DNA of 64,000 nt, from contig CAVVPN010000011.1 in NCBI GenBank assembly GCA_963750165.1, positions 1,376,001 through 1,440,000 on the forward strand, in the 5' to 3' direction. This DNA is from an uncultured Gemmataceae bacterium. Lineage in GTDB: Bacteria > Planctomycetota > Planctomycetia > Gemmatales > Gemmataceae. Both the position numbers and the translations under genes were made by a program. Below are positions 20,301-29,082 of this stretch, in pieces; position 1 is the first letter of the stretch; each line of letters starts with the position of its first letter. A model generated the notes under the pieces. It saw only the letters and a list, made by a program, of their open reading frames with translations. It ran no database searches and was not told the origin of the DNA.

Positions 20301-20651
20301 TTACACGGGCAGAAAGAGCACCTGATCCTGCCATTCGTCGTGTTCTGCGTCCACGGAAAGAAACAGCAACTCGTCAATAGCCTGGCCAATGGGCATTCGC
20401 AGTGGCACGGCAAAGACTCCGGGCATCGGCTTGCCGTCCGCAATACGTTGGTACGCAGCGGGCGGGACCGTTGCCAAGTCATGCGACAGCAACACACGCC
20501 CCTCACCGGCGGCCCACTCCAGGATGTCCGGGTCGGGCGTCTGCATAAGCCCCACATCTTGCACACGGACCAGGTCGAGATCGGGCTGCTGGCGCAACAA
20601 ACCCCGGACAATAGCACCGTTGAAGTTTTCGTCACTGACCAGCCGGAGCAT
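20301..20651 (-). CDS. DUF5615 family PIN-like protein (putative toxin)
   Basis: DENF, DPDILEWA...RVLLSHD motifs. Confidence 0.88.
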   Translation of the reverse strand: MLRLVSDENFNGAIVRGLLRQQPDLDLVRVQDVGLMQTPDPDILEWAAGEGRVLLSHDLATVPPAAYQRIADGKPMPGVFAVPLRMPIGQAIDELLFLSVDAEHDEWQDQVLFLPV

Positions 20652-20988
20652 GGGTCGTTTCCTTCGCGGCCCGACGTGCCAGCAAGCGCGCCCGCAGTTC
20701 AGCCCGATCGGGCTGGTTGGCCTCAATCCTGCGTCGAATCACCTCGGCCTCTTCTGCTCGTTTGCGTAGATAATCCTGCACCTCGGTCTTGTGTTGCAGA
20801 TACCACGCCAGCACCGCGTACACGTTGGCCAGGGAGAGCGTGTCAAAACTTTGGACAATGCCTTCGGGGGTCGCCCCGTCCTCAAAGGAGTAGACGACCA
20901 TCTCGAGCAAGACCCGCGTACCGGAAACGCGGTAACCACCCTGCCCATCCTCGAACAACGGCACAGCAACAGGAGTATCAATGTTCAT
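20632..20988 (-). CDS. DUF433 domain protein (putative antitoxin)
   Basis: RVSGTRVLLE..GATPEGIVQSF..L.LANVYAVLAWY; overlaps the PIN gene. Confidence 0.9.
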   Translation of the reverse strand: MNIDTPVAVPLFEDGQGGYRVSGTRVLLEMVVYSFEDGATPEGIVQSFDTLSLANVYAVLAWYLQHKTEVQDYLRKRAEEAEVIRRRIEANQPDRAELRARLLARRAAKETTHAPAGQ

Positions 20989-21052
20989 GATGGAGCCCGT
21001 GAGTTTCACAACCATCTAACTTATCGCCGCGGCGGATGGGCAGCAACCGCCG

Positions 21053-23710
21053 TCACGGCGCCAGCATCTTCCGCAGTTCCTGCAACTCCCCCATCTTCCC
21101 CTGCGCCTCCAGCGCCGCCTCAAGCACCTGCTGCGCCGGCCGGTCGAGCACGTCTATCTCCAGCGCCTGCCGGGCATAGCGCTCGGCCTCGGCGTGCTTG
21201 CCGGCCTTCGACAGCAGCGTCGCCAGCATCCGGCAGGCGCCGAGGTCGTCCGGCATGATCTTCACCAGATCCTTGAGCACGTCGGCCAGCGGCTCGGGCG
21301 CGTTCGTCTGCTTGAAAATCTGCGCCAGCTTCGTCAGCCAGGTCGTCTCATGCGGCTCAACCTTGCGCGCCTGCTCGAAGATCACTCCCGCCGCGGCGTA
21401 CTGCTTGTCAGCCAGGTATAGTTGCCCAAGCAACCCCAGCACACGCACGTCGTTCGTGTCCTTGACCGCTTGCAAAATCTCGATCGCTTCCTTGACGCCC
21501 TTGTCCTTTTCCGTCTCCAGCACCGCCCTGGCCAGTACGAAGGCCGCCAGCGGATGGTTCTTCACTTTCTCCCGCGCCGCCTCCGCCAACCGCTTCGCCT
21601 CCTTGATGTCGCCGATGCCCAGCAGCCGCTCGGCCAGCTTCGCCGCCAGGTCCGGGTCGTTCGGCGCCGCGGCGTGCGCCTTCTTCAATTCGTTCAAGGT
21701 TAACACCTTTTCCGGTGCCTTGCCCTGCTGCTTCTCGACCAACTTCGCCAGGTGTGCCCGATACGCTTTCTCGAAGTCCGCCTTCTCGACCTGGCAGACC
21801 TCGCGCAGCGCCGCCGCGGTGTCCTTGCCCTCGGCGAACGCCCGCAAAAAGCCGCCGACGGCCTTCGGGCCATAGGTCTCCCGCAGGAACTCGACGTACT
21901 GCAAACTTTGCAGATACGCCAGCGTCCACTCATCGATGGAGTTGGGCCGCACAAACGCGAGCTGGATGTTGTCGAGCGTGAGCAGGTCGCCGGCGGCGAC
22001 GCGCTCGCGCAGCAGGTGGTGCCAGCTGGGCGGCATCGGGTTGCCCTCGTAGCGCACTGCCAGGCCCTCGGTGAACCAGTGCGGAATCTTGAATTTCGTC
22101 TGGTCGAGGTTGAAGACGTGGACGAGTTCGTGCTTCAGCACGCGCGCCCAGTTGTACGGCTTGGCCAGCAGGCCGGAGGTCTCGCGCGGCGATGTCAGCG
22201 CCACCAGGCTGCCGGTGCAGGCGCCGATGGTGTGCAGGTCCGGCAGCGCCACGATGCGGCCGCTGAACAGGTCGTGTGTGTGGAACACCTCAATCAAAAT
22301 CGGCCCCTGCGGTTTGTACTCGAACTGCTTCGCCAGGTCCGCGTAGATGTCTTCCAGGTACTTCGCCATGAACCGGGCCAGCACCGTGTCGTTCTTTTTG
22401 TTGAAGCGGATGACGAAGTGCTCGGTCTTGAGCGTGTCGTAGGTGTCGAGGGCGTCGAGCACCTTCAGCGAGTTGAAAACGCGGACATTGAACTTGTCGA
22501 TGACCTGCGCCTTCTCCAGCTCGTCGCGGGCCTCGACTTCCTTGCCCAGGCGCATGTACAGGATGCCGAGTTGGTTGCGGGCGGTGGCCAGCGTCGGCCG
22601 CAGCTTGATCGCCTTCCGGTAATACTTCTCGGCGTCGCCGAAGCGACGGCGACCCTCCAACCGCTCGGCCAGGTCGCCGTAGAAGGCGCTCGGCTTGAGC
22701 GTCTGCTTCTCCGCCTTCGCGACCACGGCGGCGAACTCGCGCTCCTTGCCCTGCAACAGCTGGCAGGCGGCGACACGGGCCAGGGTGGACTCCTCGCGCG
22801 GATTGACGGCCAGGGCCTGTTCCAGAAACTTCAGCGCCGCGGGCACGTCGCCGGCGGACAGCAGCACGTCGGCACGCAGACGCAGCGCAGCGGTCAGGTG
22901 CGGGTTGACTTTCAGGGCGCGTTTGGCCATCAGGTCGGCTTCGGGCAGTTCCATGCGTTGCAGGGCGGTCTGGCCGCGGGCGGCGAGCACGTCGGCGGCG
23001 CGTTCGTTGATGGCCAGCGCCTTGTTGAACGCCGCGTCGGCGCGGCGGTTGTCGTACTTCTCCAGGGCGATGCAGCCCGTGTGATACCACGCCGGCCAGT
23101 AGTCCTTGTCGCGCTTCAGGACCGTGGGGTAGACCTCGTTGATGACGAAGCCGTACTGGTCCGACAATTTCACGTCCCAGCGCGCCCGCTCCACCGCCGC
23201 CAGGCCGACCAGCAGAAACGCCTCGGGGTCCTCGATGTCCTGCTTTTCGTAGGTGCGGATGAACCAGAGCGTTTCCTGGCTGGACTTGAACAGTTCGCCG
23301 CGGTCGCGGTACAGCTGGGCCAGCACCCAGTGCGCCAGGAACTGGTTCCTGTCCTGCCGGGTCGCTTCGAGGGCGGCCGTCCTGGCGTCGTCCCAGCGGC
23401 CACGCTGGAACAGCACCTCGGCGCGGCGGGCGAGCAGGTCGGCGTTCTTCGGGTGGTCCTTGAGGACGGCGTCCAGGGTGGTCAAGGCCTGGTTGTAGCG
23501 GCCGGTGGCCTGGAACACCTGGGCCAACCCGACGGTGGCGGCGACGCGGTCGTCGGGCTGTTTGACGAGGGCCTCGAACTGGGCCTGGGCCTCGGCGTAA
23601 TTGCCGCGGAGCAGGCGCGTGCGGGCTTCCTTGAGGGCGGGACCGTCGGCATGGGTGGTGGTTGTGGCGGCCACCGCGATCAAACAGGCACAAAAAAACT
23701 TCATCGGCAA
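21053..23710 (-). CDS. Secreted TPR protein with a peptidase MA/gluzincin-like domain
   Basis: Signal peptide, many TPRs, HELVH...PHWFTEGLA zinc motif. Confidence 0.88.
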   Translation of the reverse strand: MPMKFFCACLIAVAATTTTHADGPALKEARTRLLRGNYAEAQAQFEALVKQPDDRVAATVGLAQVFQATGRYNQALTTLDAVLKDHPKNADLLARRAEVLFQRGRWDDARTAALEATRQDRNQFLAHWVLAQLYRDRGELFKSSQETLWFIRTYEKQDIEDPEAFLLVGLAAVERARWDVKLSDQYGFVINEVYPTVLKRDKDYWPAWYHTGCIALEKYDNRRADAAFNKALAINERAADVLAARGQTALQRMELPEADLMAKRALKVNPHLTAALRLRADVLLSAGDVPAALKFLEQALAVNPREESTLARVAACQLLQGKEREFAAVVAKAEKQTLKPSAFYGDLAERLEGRRRFGDAEKYYRKAIKLRPTLATARNQLGILYMRLGKEVEARDELEKAQVIDKFNVRVFNSLKVLDALDTYDTLKTEHFVIRFNKKNDTVLARFMAKYLEDIYADLAKQFEYKPQGPILIEVFHTHDLFSGRIVALPDLHTIGACTGSLVALTSPRETSGLLAKPYNWARVLKHELVHVFNLDQTKFKIPHWFTEGLAVRYEGNPMPPSWHHLLRERVAAGDLLTLDNIQLAFVRPNSIDEWTLAYLQSLQYVEFLRETYGPKAVGGFLRAFAEGKDTAAALREVCQVEKADFEKAYRAHLAKLVEKQQGKAPEKVLTLNELKKAHAAAPNDPDLAAKLAERLLGIGDIKEAKRLAEAAREKVKNHPLAAFVLARAVLETEKDKGVKEAIEILQAVKDTNDVRVLGLLGQLYLADKQYAAAGVIFEQARKVEPHETTWLTKLAQIFKQTNAPEPLADVLKDLVKIMPDDLGACRMLATLLSKAGKHAEAERYARQALEIDVLDRPAQQVLEAALEAQGKMGELQELRKMLAP

Positions 23711-23837
23711 GGTCTCGCGGGAACTGGGGCCAGCGTCGTTGTTACATTAGCCGTCGCCGGGCCAAAACGCAAGGAGACGACCGCAACGTCTGCCACCGGC
23801 CTCCTCGGTTCCCTGCTAGAGCGGTTCGCAGTTGGTT

Positions 23838-23897
23838 GTAGCGGAAGTCGCCAGACTTCCGTCCGGTGCTGCTCGGAAGTCTGGCGACTTCCGCTAC
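23838..23897. repeat. GTAG-type REP doublet, family B
   Basis: GTAGCGGAAGTCGCCAGACTTCC...GGAAGTCTGGCGACTTCCGCTAC; near-identical copy at 39987-40046. Confidence 0.92.
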
Positions 23898-23927
23898 AAC
23901 CATTCGCAATCTGCAATAGCCTGGAGG

Positions 23928-24083
23928 ATTCACCGCAGAGAACGCAGAGAGAAGACCAAAGAATCGATCCACAGATGACACCGATGAACCCAGATAAAAA
24001 CCAATTCAACTTTCTTTATCTGGGGTCATCTGTGGATCCTCTTCTGTCTTTTCTCTGCGCGCTCTGCGTGCTCCGTGGTGAAT
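23928..24083. repeat. Nested inverted repeats (outer CACCGCAGAG type, inner GATCCACAGATG type)
   Basis: Outer arms start 23928 and end 24083; inner arms span 23966-24038. Confidence 0.75.
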
Positions 24084-24161
24084 TATCCGGGCCTGGAGCG
24101 GTTGCAGTAGCGGGCCGCGTGTTCTACAGTGGAGCGGCAGCCAGAGGGAAGAGGATTTGCC

Positions 24162-24926
24162 ATGAGCGACACCGATCTGGAACAGCGGCTCAGCCGCATT
24201 TCGACGCTGTGGACCGTGGTGTTCCAGGCACACGGCGGCGCGAACGCCGCTGACGCGCAGAGCCGGCTGGTGCGCCGCTACGGCCGGGCGATTTACCGCT
24301 ATCTCCTGGGGGCCGTTCGCGACCCCGACGCCGCCGAGGAACTGGCCCAGGAGTTCGCGTTGAGCCTCGTCCGCGGGGCGTTCAAGCGCGTCAGTCCCGA
24401 GCGCGGCCGCTTCCGCGATTACGTCAAGGCCGTCCTCAGCAACGCTGTGACGAGTTACCGCCGCCGTCAGCAGCGCCAGCCGCTGAACGCCGAGTCGGTG
24501 GTGCTCCAGGGCGCCGCCGCGCCGCCGGAGGAAGTGGACTCCGACGCGGACTTCCTCCAGCACTGGCGCGAGGAACTGCTGGCGCGCACCTGGGAGGCCC
24601 TGCAGCGCGCCGAGCAGAACGGCAAACAGCAGTACCACACGCTGCTGCACTTCCGCTCCAGCCACCCGGAGTTGTCCTCGGCGGACATGGCCCGGGAGTT
24701 CAGCGTTCGCCTGGGCCGCGCCGTCAGCGCCGACGCCATCCGCCAGACACTGCACCGCGCCCGCGAACTGTTCGCTCAGCTGCTGCTGGAGGAGGTCGGC
24801 ACGTCGCTGGAAACGGACGACCTGGATCGCGTTGAGCAGGAGCTGATCGACCTGGAGTTGCTGCCGTTCTGCCAGGACGCCGTGCGGCGCCAGCGGCAGC
24901 GCGTGGAGAAGGCCGGCGGCCCCTGA
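24162..24926 (+). CDS. ECF-type sigma-70 factor (planctomycete type)
   Basis: DAAEELAQEF, RGRFRDYVK region 2; AIRQTLHRARELF region 4. Confidence 0.88.
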   Translation: MSDTDLEQRLSRISTLWTVVFQAHGGANAADAQSRLVRRYGRAIYRYLLGAVRDPDAAEELAQEFALSLVRGAFKRVSPERGRFRDYVKAVLSNAVTSYRRRQQRQPLNAESVVLQGAAAPPEEVDSDADFLQHWREELLARTWEALQRAEQNGKQQYHTLLHFRSSHPELSSADMAREFSVRLGRAVSADAIRQTLHRARELFAQLLLEEVGTSLETDDLDRVEQELIDLELLPFCQDAVRRQRQRVEKAGGP

Positions 24927-24941
24927 CTGGCTTGTTCCTGA

Positions 24942-24989
24942 TCGGAGCCCGAGCGCCAGCGCGGGGCAGCGCTGGCGCTCGGGCTCCGA
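24942..24989. repeat. REP-like palindrome, family A, between convergent genes
   Basis: TCGGAGCCCGAGCGCCAGCGC...GCGCTGGCGCTCGGGCTCCGA. Confidence 0.88.
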
Positions 24990-25018
24990 CCCACCACGAA
25001 CATTATCCGCTCACGGGA

Positions 25019-25648
25019 TCACTCCCGCGTCTGGAGGTGTTCGTCCGGCGGCAGTGGACGGCGAAACTCCAGAATGCCATCCTCGGGCGGCTCCCGCGGC
25101 GTCGGCGGCATGGCTGGCGACCGCGCCGGAAAGACCACGTACAGCAGCAGCAGCGCCAGCACGCCCAGGCCGAGCCCGTAGACCCACGGGTACGCCAACC
25201 GGAACCCCAGCGCCACCACCCAGCCCAGCGCCACCAGACAGCCGAAGCCGACCGCCGCTTCGAGGAAGCGGGCGGCACCGGCGTGCGCCAGCACCCAGGC
25301 GAAGGCGCCGAAGCCCACAGCCGTCAGCACCAGCAGGCCGAGTATACGCAGCGAATCGCGGCGAAAGTCCTCGGAGAAGATCAGGTCGCGTGCCGGCTCG
25401 ATCAGCAGCCCTGCCGTCACCAGCGTGCCGGCCAGCAGCAGGCCGTCGCAGGCACCGACCAGCGCCCCGGTAGCGGTGCGCGACAGGCGGGTGTCGAGGA
25501 CGCGCTGGACGGCCCGCACGACGCCCAGGCCGACCGCCGTGCCAACGGCGTTGCCACGGCGCCAGCTCAGCGCGCTGACGACGCCACCGAACAGCGTCCC
25601 CAGGCCCACCACGGCCAGGCACCACAGCAGCACGACGAGTTCGGTCAT
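25019..25648 (-). CDS. Hypothetical integral membrane protein
   Basis: About 209 aa, several hydrophobic segments, SD GGAG, directly downstream of the M42 gene. Confidence 0.75.
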   Translation of the reverse strand: MTELVVLLWCLAVVGLGTLFGGVVSALSWRRGNAVGTAVGLGVVRAVQRVLDTRLSRTATGALVGACDGLLLAGTLVTAGLLIEPARDLIFSEDFRRDSLRILGLLVLTAVGFGAFAWVLAHAGAARFLEAAVGFGCLVALGWVVALGFRLAYPWVYGLGLGVLALLLLYVVFPARSPAMPPTPREPPEDGILEFRRPLPPDEHLQTRE

Positions 25649-25670
25649 GGGCCGGTCTCCGAGTGGTCGG

Positions 25671-26729
25671 TCACGGCGTCCAGTCGGTTTGTGGCGTGAC
25701 GGCGGCGCAGAACTCCGCCAGCAACCGGGCGGCGCGGTCCAGGTCGTCCAGATGTACCACTTCCACGGGGCTGTGCATGTAGCGATTCGGGATGCCGACC
25801 AGTGCCGTGGCGACGCCATCGCGCGCCAGCTGCATGGCGTTGGCGTCGGTGCCGGTGGCGCGTGGTGCGCCGCGCACCTGCACGGCGATCTCCCGATCCT
25901 TCGCGGCGGCCTGCAGGTGCTCCAGCACACGCGGATTGATGTTCGGGCCGCGGAACAGCACCGGGCCGCCGCCCAGTTTGGTGTCGCCGAGCTGCTTCTT
26001 GTCGTTGCCGGGCGTGTCGGTCGCGTGGCACACGTCCACCGCCACGCCCACCTGCGGGTGGATGCCGTAGGCGCTCGTCGTCGCGCCGCGCAGGCCGATC
26101 TCCTCCTGCACGGTCGAGACGCAGTAGACCGCCGCCTTCAGCGGGCGGCCCTGCAACAGCCGCAGCGTCTCCATCACCACCCAGACGCCCCCCTTGTCGT
26201 CGAGGGCCGGCGAACTGATCAAACTGTTGCGCAGTTCGCGCACGCCCAGTTCCGCGGTGACCGGGTCGCCCGCCTGCACCAGCGCCTCGGCGTCCTTGCG
26301 GTCCCTGGCGCCGATGTCGATCCACACGTCCTGGAACTGCGGCACCTTGTTGCGTTCCTCACTGGTCAGCAGGTGCGGTGCCTTGCGCGACACGACGCCC
26401 GGCACCGGGCCTTGCCCTGTCCACACCGTCAGCGCCTGGCCCAGCAGGATCTGCATGTCCCAGCCGCCGATGGGCTGCACATAAAGGTAGCCATTGTCGT
26501 CGATGTGCTGCACCATCAGGCCGATCTGGTCGCAGTGGCCGGCGAGCATGACGCGCGGCTGGCCGCCGGGGTTGACCACCGCCACGACGTTGCCGTGCCG
26601 GTCGGTGCGTACCTCCTGCGCCAGCGGCTGCGCCGACTGGCGCACCACGTCTTGAATCGGACGTTCGTAGCCGGAAGGGCTGGGGGTTTCGAGGAGTTTT
26701 TTCAGAAAGGTGTAGGACGGCTCGTGCAT
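25671..26729 (-). CDS. M42 family metallo-aminopeptidase
   Basis: SPSGYE, AGHCDQIG, ALDDK, VQEEIGLRGA, GTDA, RYMHSP. Confidence 0.95.
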   Translation of the reverse strand: MHEPSYTFLKKLLETPSPSGYERPIQDVVRQSAQPLAQEVRTDRHGNVVAVVNPGGQPRVMLAGHCDQIGLMVQHIDDNGYLYVQPIGGWDMQILLGQALTVWTGQGPVPGVVSRKAPHLLTSEERNKVPQFQDVWIDIGARDRKDAEALVQAGDPVTAELGVRELRNSLISSPALDDKGGVWVVMETLRLLQGRPLKAAVYCVSTVQEEIGLRGATTSAYGIHPQVGVAVDVCHATDTPGNDKKQLGDTKLGGGPVLFRGPNINPRVLEHLQAAAKDREIAVQVRGAPRATGTDANAMQLARDGVATALVGIPNRYMHSPVEVVHLDDLDRAARLLAEFCAAVTPQTDWTP

Positions 26730-26801
26730 GGCCTGCGTTCTCGGAGGGAAACGAATCAGTCACCCTCCGCATTATATCATCCGCTCCGCCACGAGTCCGC
26801 G

Positions 26802-27614
26802 TTAACGTTTGCCGTCGGCGCGGACCTTGAGCCAGACGACGCGCTCGACGCCGGGCACACCGGTGAGGGTGCGCGACAGCGCGTGCAGATCCTCCCAGCG
26901 CGGCACCACGCCGCTGATGGAGACGACGCCGTCGCGCACGTCGAACCGTAGCCGGCGGTAGCGGTCGTCGGCCCGGGTCAGCCGTTGCACCTGAGCGATC
27001 AGGACATCCGTCTCATCCTCGGGCGGGGGGGCCAGCGGGTTCACGCGCGACACCGGTTGCATGACGCTCGGCGTCGGGGCCGGTACGCCGATCTGGATGA
27101 CGGGCAGCAGCGTGACCGTGACGGTGGCCGCGGGGGTTCGGGGGCGTTCCCGCAGCCGGGACGGTTCGAGCTTGAGCGCGTCCGGCGACCAGGGCACCCA
27201 GGTCATGGGGGCCGTGTCGCGTTTGACCGTCAGGTCTGGCGGCGGTTCGGGCGCGGGCTTCACCGGCTGCGGTGGTGGGCTATCGATCCGCGGTCGCGGT
27301 GGGGCTCCGAGGTGACACTCGTTGCGCACGTCGCGGACCTCCGGCACCCGGCGGGCGCACTCCACGGCCCGCTGCACCAGTGCCTTCGTTGGCAGCGGGC
27401 CGCGCAGAGTGACCACGCCTTTCCGGACGCTCACGATGAGGTGATCCAGTTGCGGTTCCGTTTGCAACGCTGCGAGCACGCGGCTTTCCAGGCGAACATC
27501 CGGGTCGAAGTCGGCGGCCGCAGCCGTGCCGGCTGGCAAACCGACTGCGAGGACCAGGGCCGCGAACCGAAGCAGCAGACCAGGATGGACTCGTTGGCGC
27601 GACATGGCCGACAC
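26802..27614 (-). CDS. Secreted protein with two BON domains and a Pro-rich linker
   Basis: VSVRKGVVTLRG...VRDVRNE and DVRDGVVSISG...VPGVERV. Confidence 0.8.
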   Translation of the reverse strand: MSAMSRQRVHPGLLLRFAALVLAVGLPAGTAAAADFDPDVRLESRVLAALQTEPQLDHLIVSVRKGVVTLRGPLPTKALVQRAVECARRVPEVRDVRNECHLGAPPRPRIDSPPPQPVKPAPEPPPDLTVKRDTAPMTWVPWSPDALKLEPSRLRERPRTPAATVTVTLLPVIQIGVPAPTPSVMQPVSRVNPLAPPPEDETDVLIAQVQRLTRADDRYRRLRFDVRDGVVSISGVVPRWEDLHALSRTLTGVPGVERVVWLKVRADGKR

Positions 27615-27802
27615 TCGAAAAGAAGGGGCTACTGGGCTGACAGACTAATTGTGGCGGCTTCTGCCCAGGAAAGAAATGGCCAGCGGCACCTTCCGAGAGC
27701 GAATCCGACGGCCGGACAAGAAAGCCTGCGTCGTGTAGGAGTTGTGTGGCCCTCGCTTGCGCGTTGGGTTGGTGGGGGACGCCGGAACGGCTGGAGGCTG
27801 GG

Positions 27803-27929
27803 CTAGAGCGGTTCGCGTTTGGGTAGCGCACAAGTCGTGGGACGGCTCTCCAGAGCCGTCAGCGTTCTCCCGACGGCTCTGGAGAGCCGTCCCACGACTT
27901 GTGGTCCACGCGACTGGGAACCGCTCTAG
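27803..27929. mobile_element. MITE-like shell CTAGAGCGGTTC...GAACCGCTCTAG containing a GTGG-type REP doublet (27829-27903)
   Basis: 12-bp terminal inverted repeats bounded by CTAG; internal GTCGTGGGACGGCTCTCCAGAGCCGTC and its reverse complement. Confidence 0.65.
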
Positions 27930-28606
27930 GAGGCCTTTTTCTTTCCCGGCCCTTTCACCAGCGCGGTGATCCCCTTGAGCACCTCCTGCGTGGCCCCGGC
28001 GTTAAACTTCGCCTCGGGGAACGCCAGCACCTGCTCCACCTTCAGCTTGTTGTACAGCACCACCGTGACGCCGGGCTTCGGCGACAGATTGTAACTCTTC
28101 GGCGCCTCCGGCATGTACGCCGCCACGACGTACTTGAGAGCGGACTTCTTGACGAGCGTCTGCAGCCGCTCCTCCAGCTTGGTGCGCACCTGGGCTTCCT
28201 TGATGAGCGCGTCCGGGTCGTCGATCTTGGGCTCGGTCGCGGAGCTTTTGGCGTCTGGCGTGATGAAAACGGTGTAGCCGCTCAGGAAGCTGATTTTTCG
28301 GTTCCGTTCCACCGCTTTCTCGATGGCCTTGAGGTAGTCCTCGATGGCCTGTGGGTTGGTGTCCGGCCCTTCGCGGATGAAGGTCATCACGACGGGGTTG
28401 AGCTGGTACTCGCACACCATGCAGTGCGGATGGCCGACGCGCTCCTTGGCCGCCGTGCCGTCCGGAGCGTTGAGGTTGATCGCCTGGAAGGAACCGGGCA
28501 GGTTCTTGCCCGGCGTCGGCCCCGATTTGAACTCGTCGCCGGCGTGCAGCACGCCGAGGGTGGCCAGCAGGGTGGTGACGGTGAGCGGCAGCCAGCGCTT
28601 GCGCAT
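27926..28606 (-). CDS. Secreted hypothetical protein with CxxC (possibly thioredoxin-like)
   Basis: Signal peptide, HPHCMVCEY, host-like codon usage. Confidence 0.75.
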   Translation of the reverse strand: MRKRWLPLTVTTLLATLGVLHAGDEFKSGPTPGKNLPGSFQAINLNAPDGTAAKERVGHPHCMVCEYQLNPVVMTFIREGPDTNPQAIEDYLKAIEKAVERNRKISFLSGYTVFITPDAKSSATEPKIDDPDALIKEAQVRTKLEERLQTLVKKSALKYVVAAYMPEAPKSYNLSPKPGVTVVLYNKLKVEQVLAFPEAKFNAGATQEVLKGITALVKGPGKKKAS

Positions 28607-28855
28607 GGGGGCACCTTTCAGTTCACCTGAAGAAATCTCCATCTTTCAACATCGCACGGTCCGGCGGCGACGTCAATGGCGCGGAGCAGGTTGGTCCGGG
28701 AATTGCCGGGAAAGTTTACCGGAGAAGCGCAAACAACCGCCCCCGGCCACGGCCGGCCGGGGACGGTTGGAGGGAGTCCGCCAGGCGGGGTGCCTGCACC
28801 TGGCGGAAGCCCTGGGGGGGGCCGGCTGCCGGGCGGATGATTGGGGAGCGTCCAA

Positions 28856-29005
28856 ATGATTCTGAGCGGCGTCCACGCCCGGCCGGGGGAGCTGGCCCGG
28901 CTGGATCGGCACCTCGACGGCAAACCGCTGCCGCCCGTCCAGGCCGCGGAACTGGTGCGAACACTGGCGACGGAGCAGGCCGAGGGCCACATCCGGGACA
29001 TCGGG
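28856..29005 (+). pseudogene. Possible remnant of a Ser/Thr protein kinase
   Basis: LDRHLDGKPLPPVQAAELVRTLA....GHIRDIG resembles the segment preceding the kinase HRD loop. Confidence 0.4.
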
Positions 29006-29082
29006 CCGGCGCCGGTAGCTCGCAGCACCGGCGGGCTTACGCCGCGCCGCTCGCCGACGTGTTCGTTTTGTCCGGTTGCGGC

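Noticed and set aside
21752..24253. 833-aa plus-strand ORF and similar long ORFs (17814..19499, 40884..42818, 54255..56321, 56430..58880)
   Set aside because: Antisense shadows of well-supported minus-strand genes, as expected at high GC
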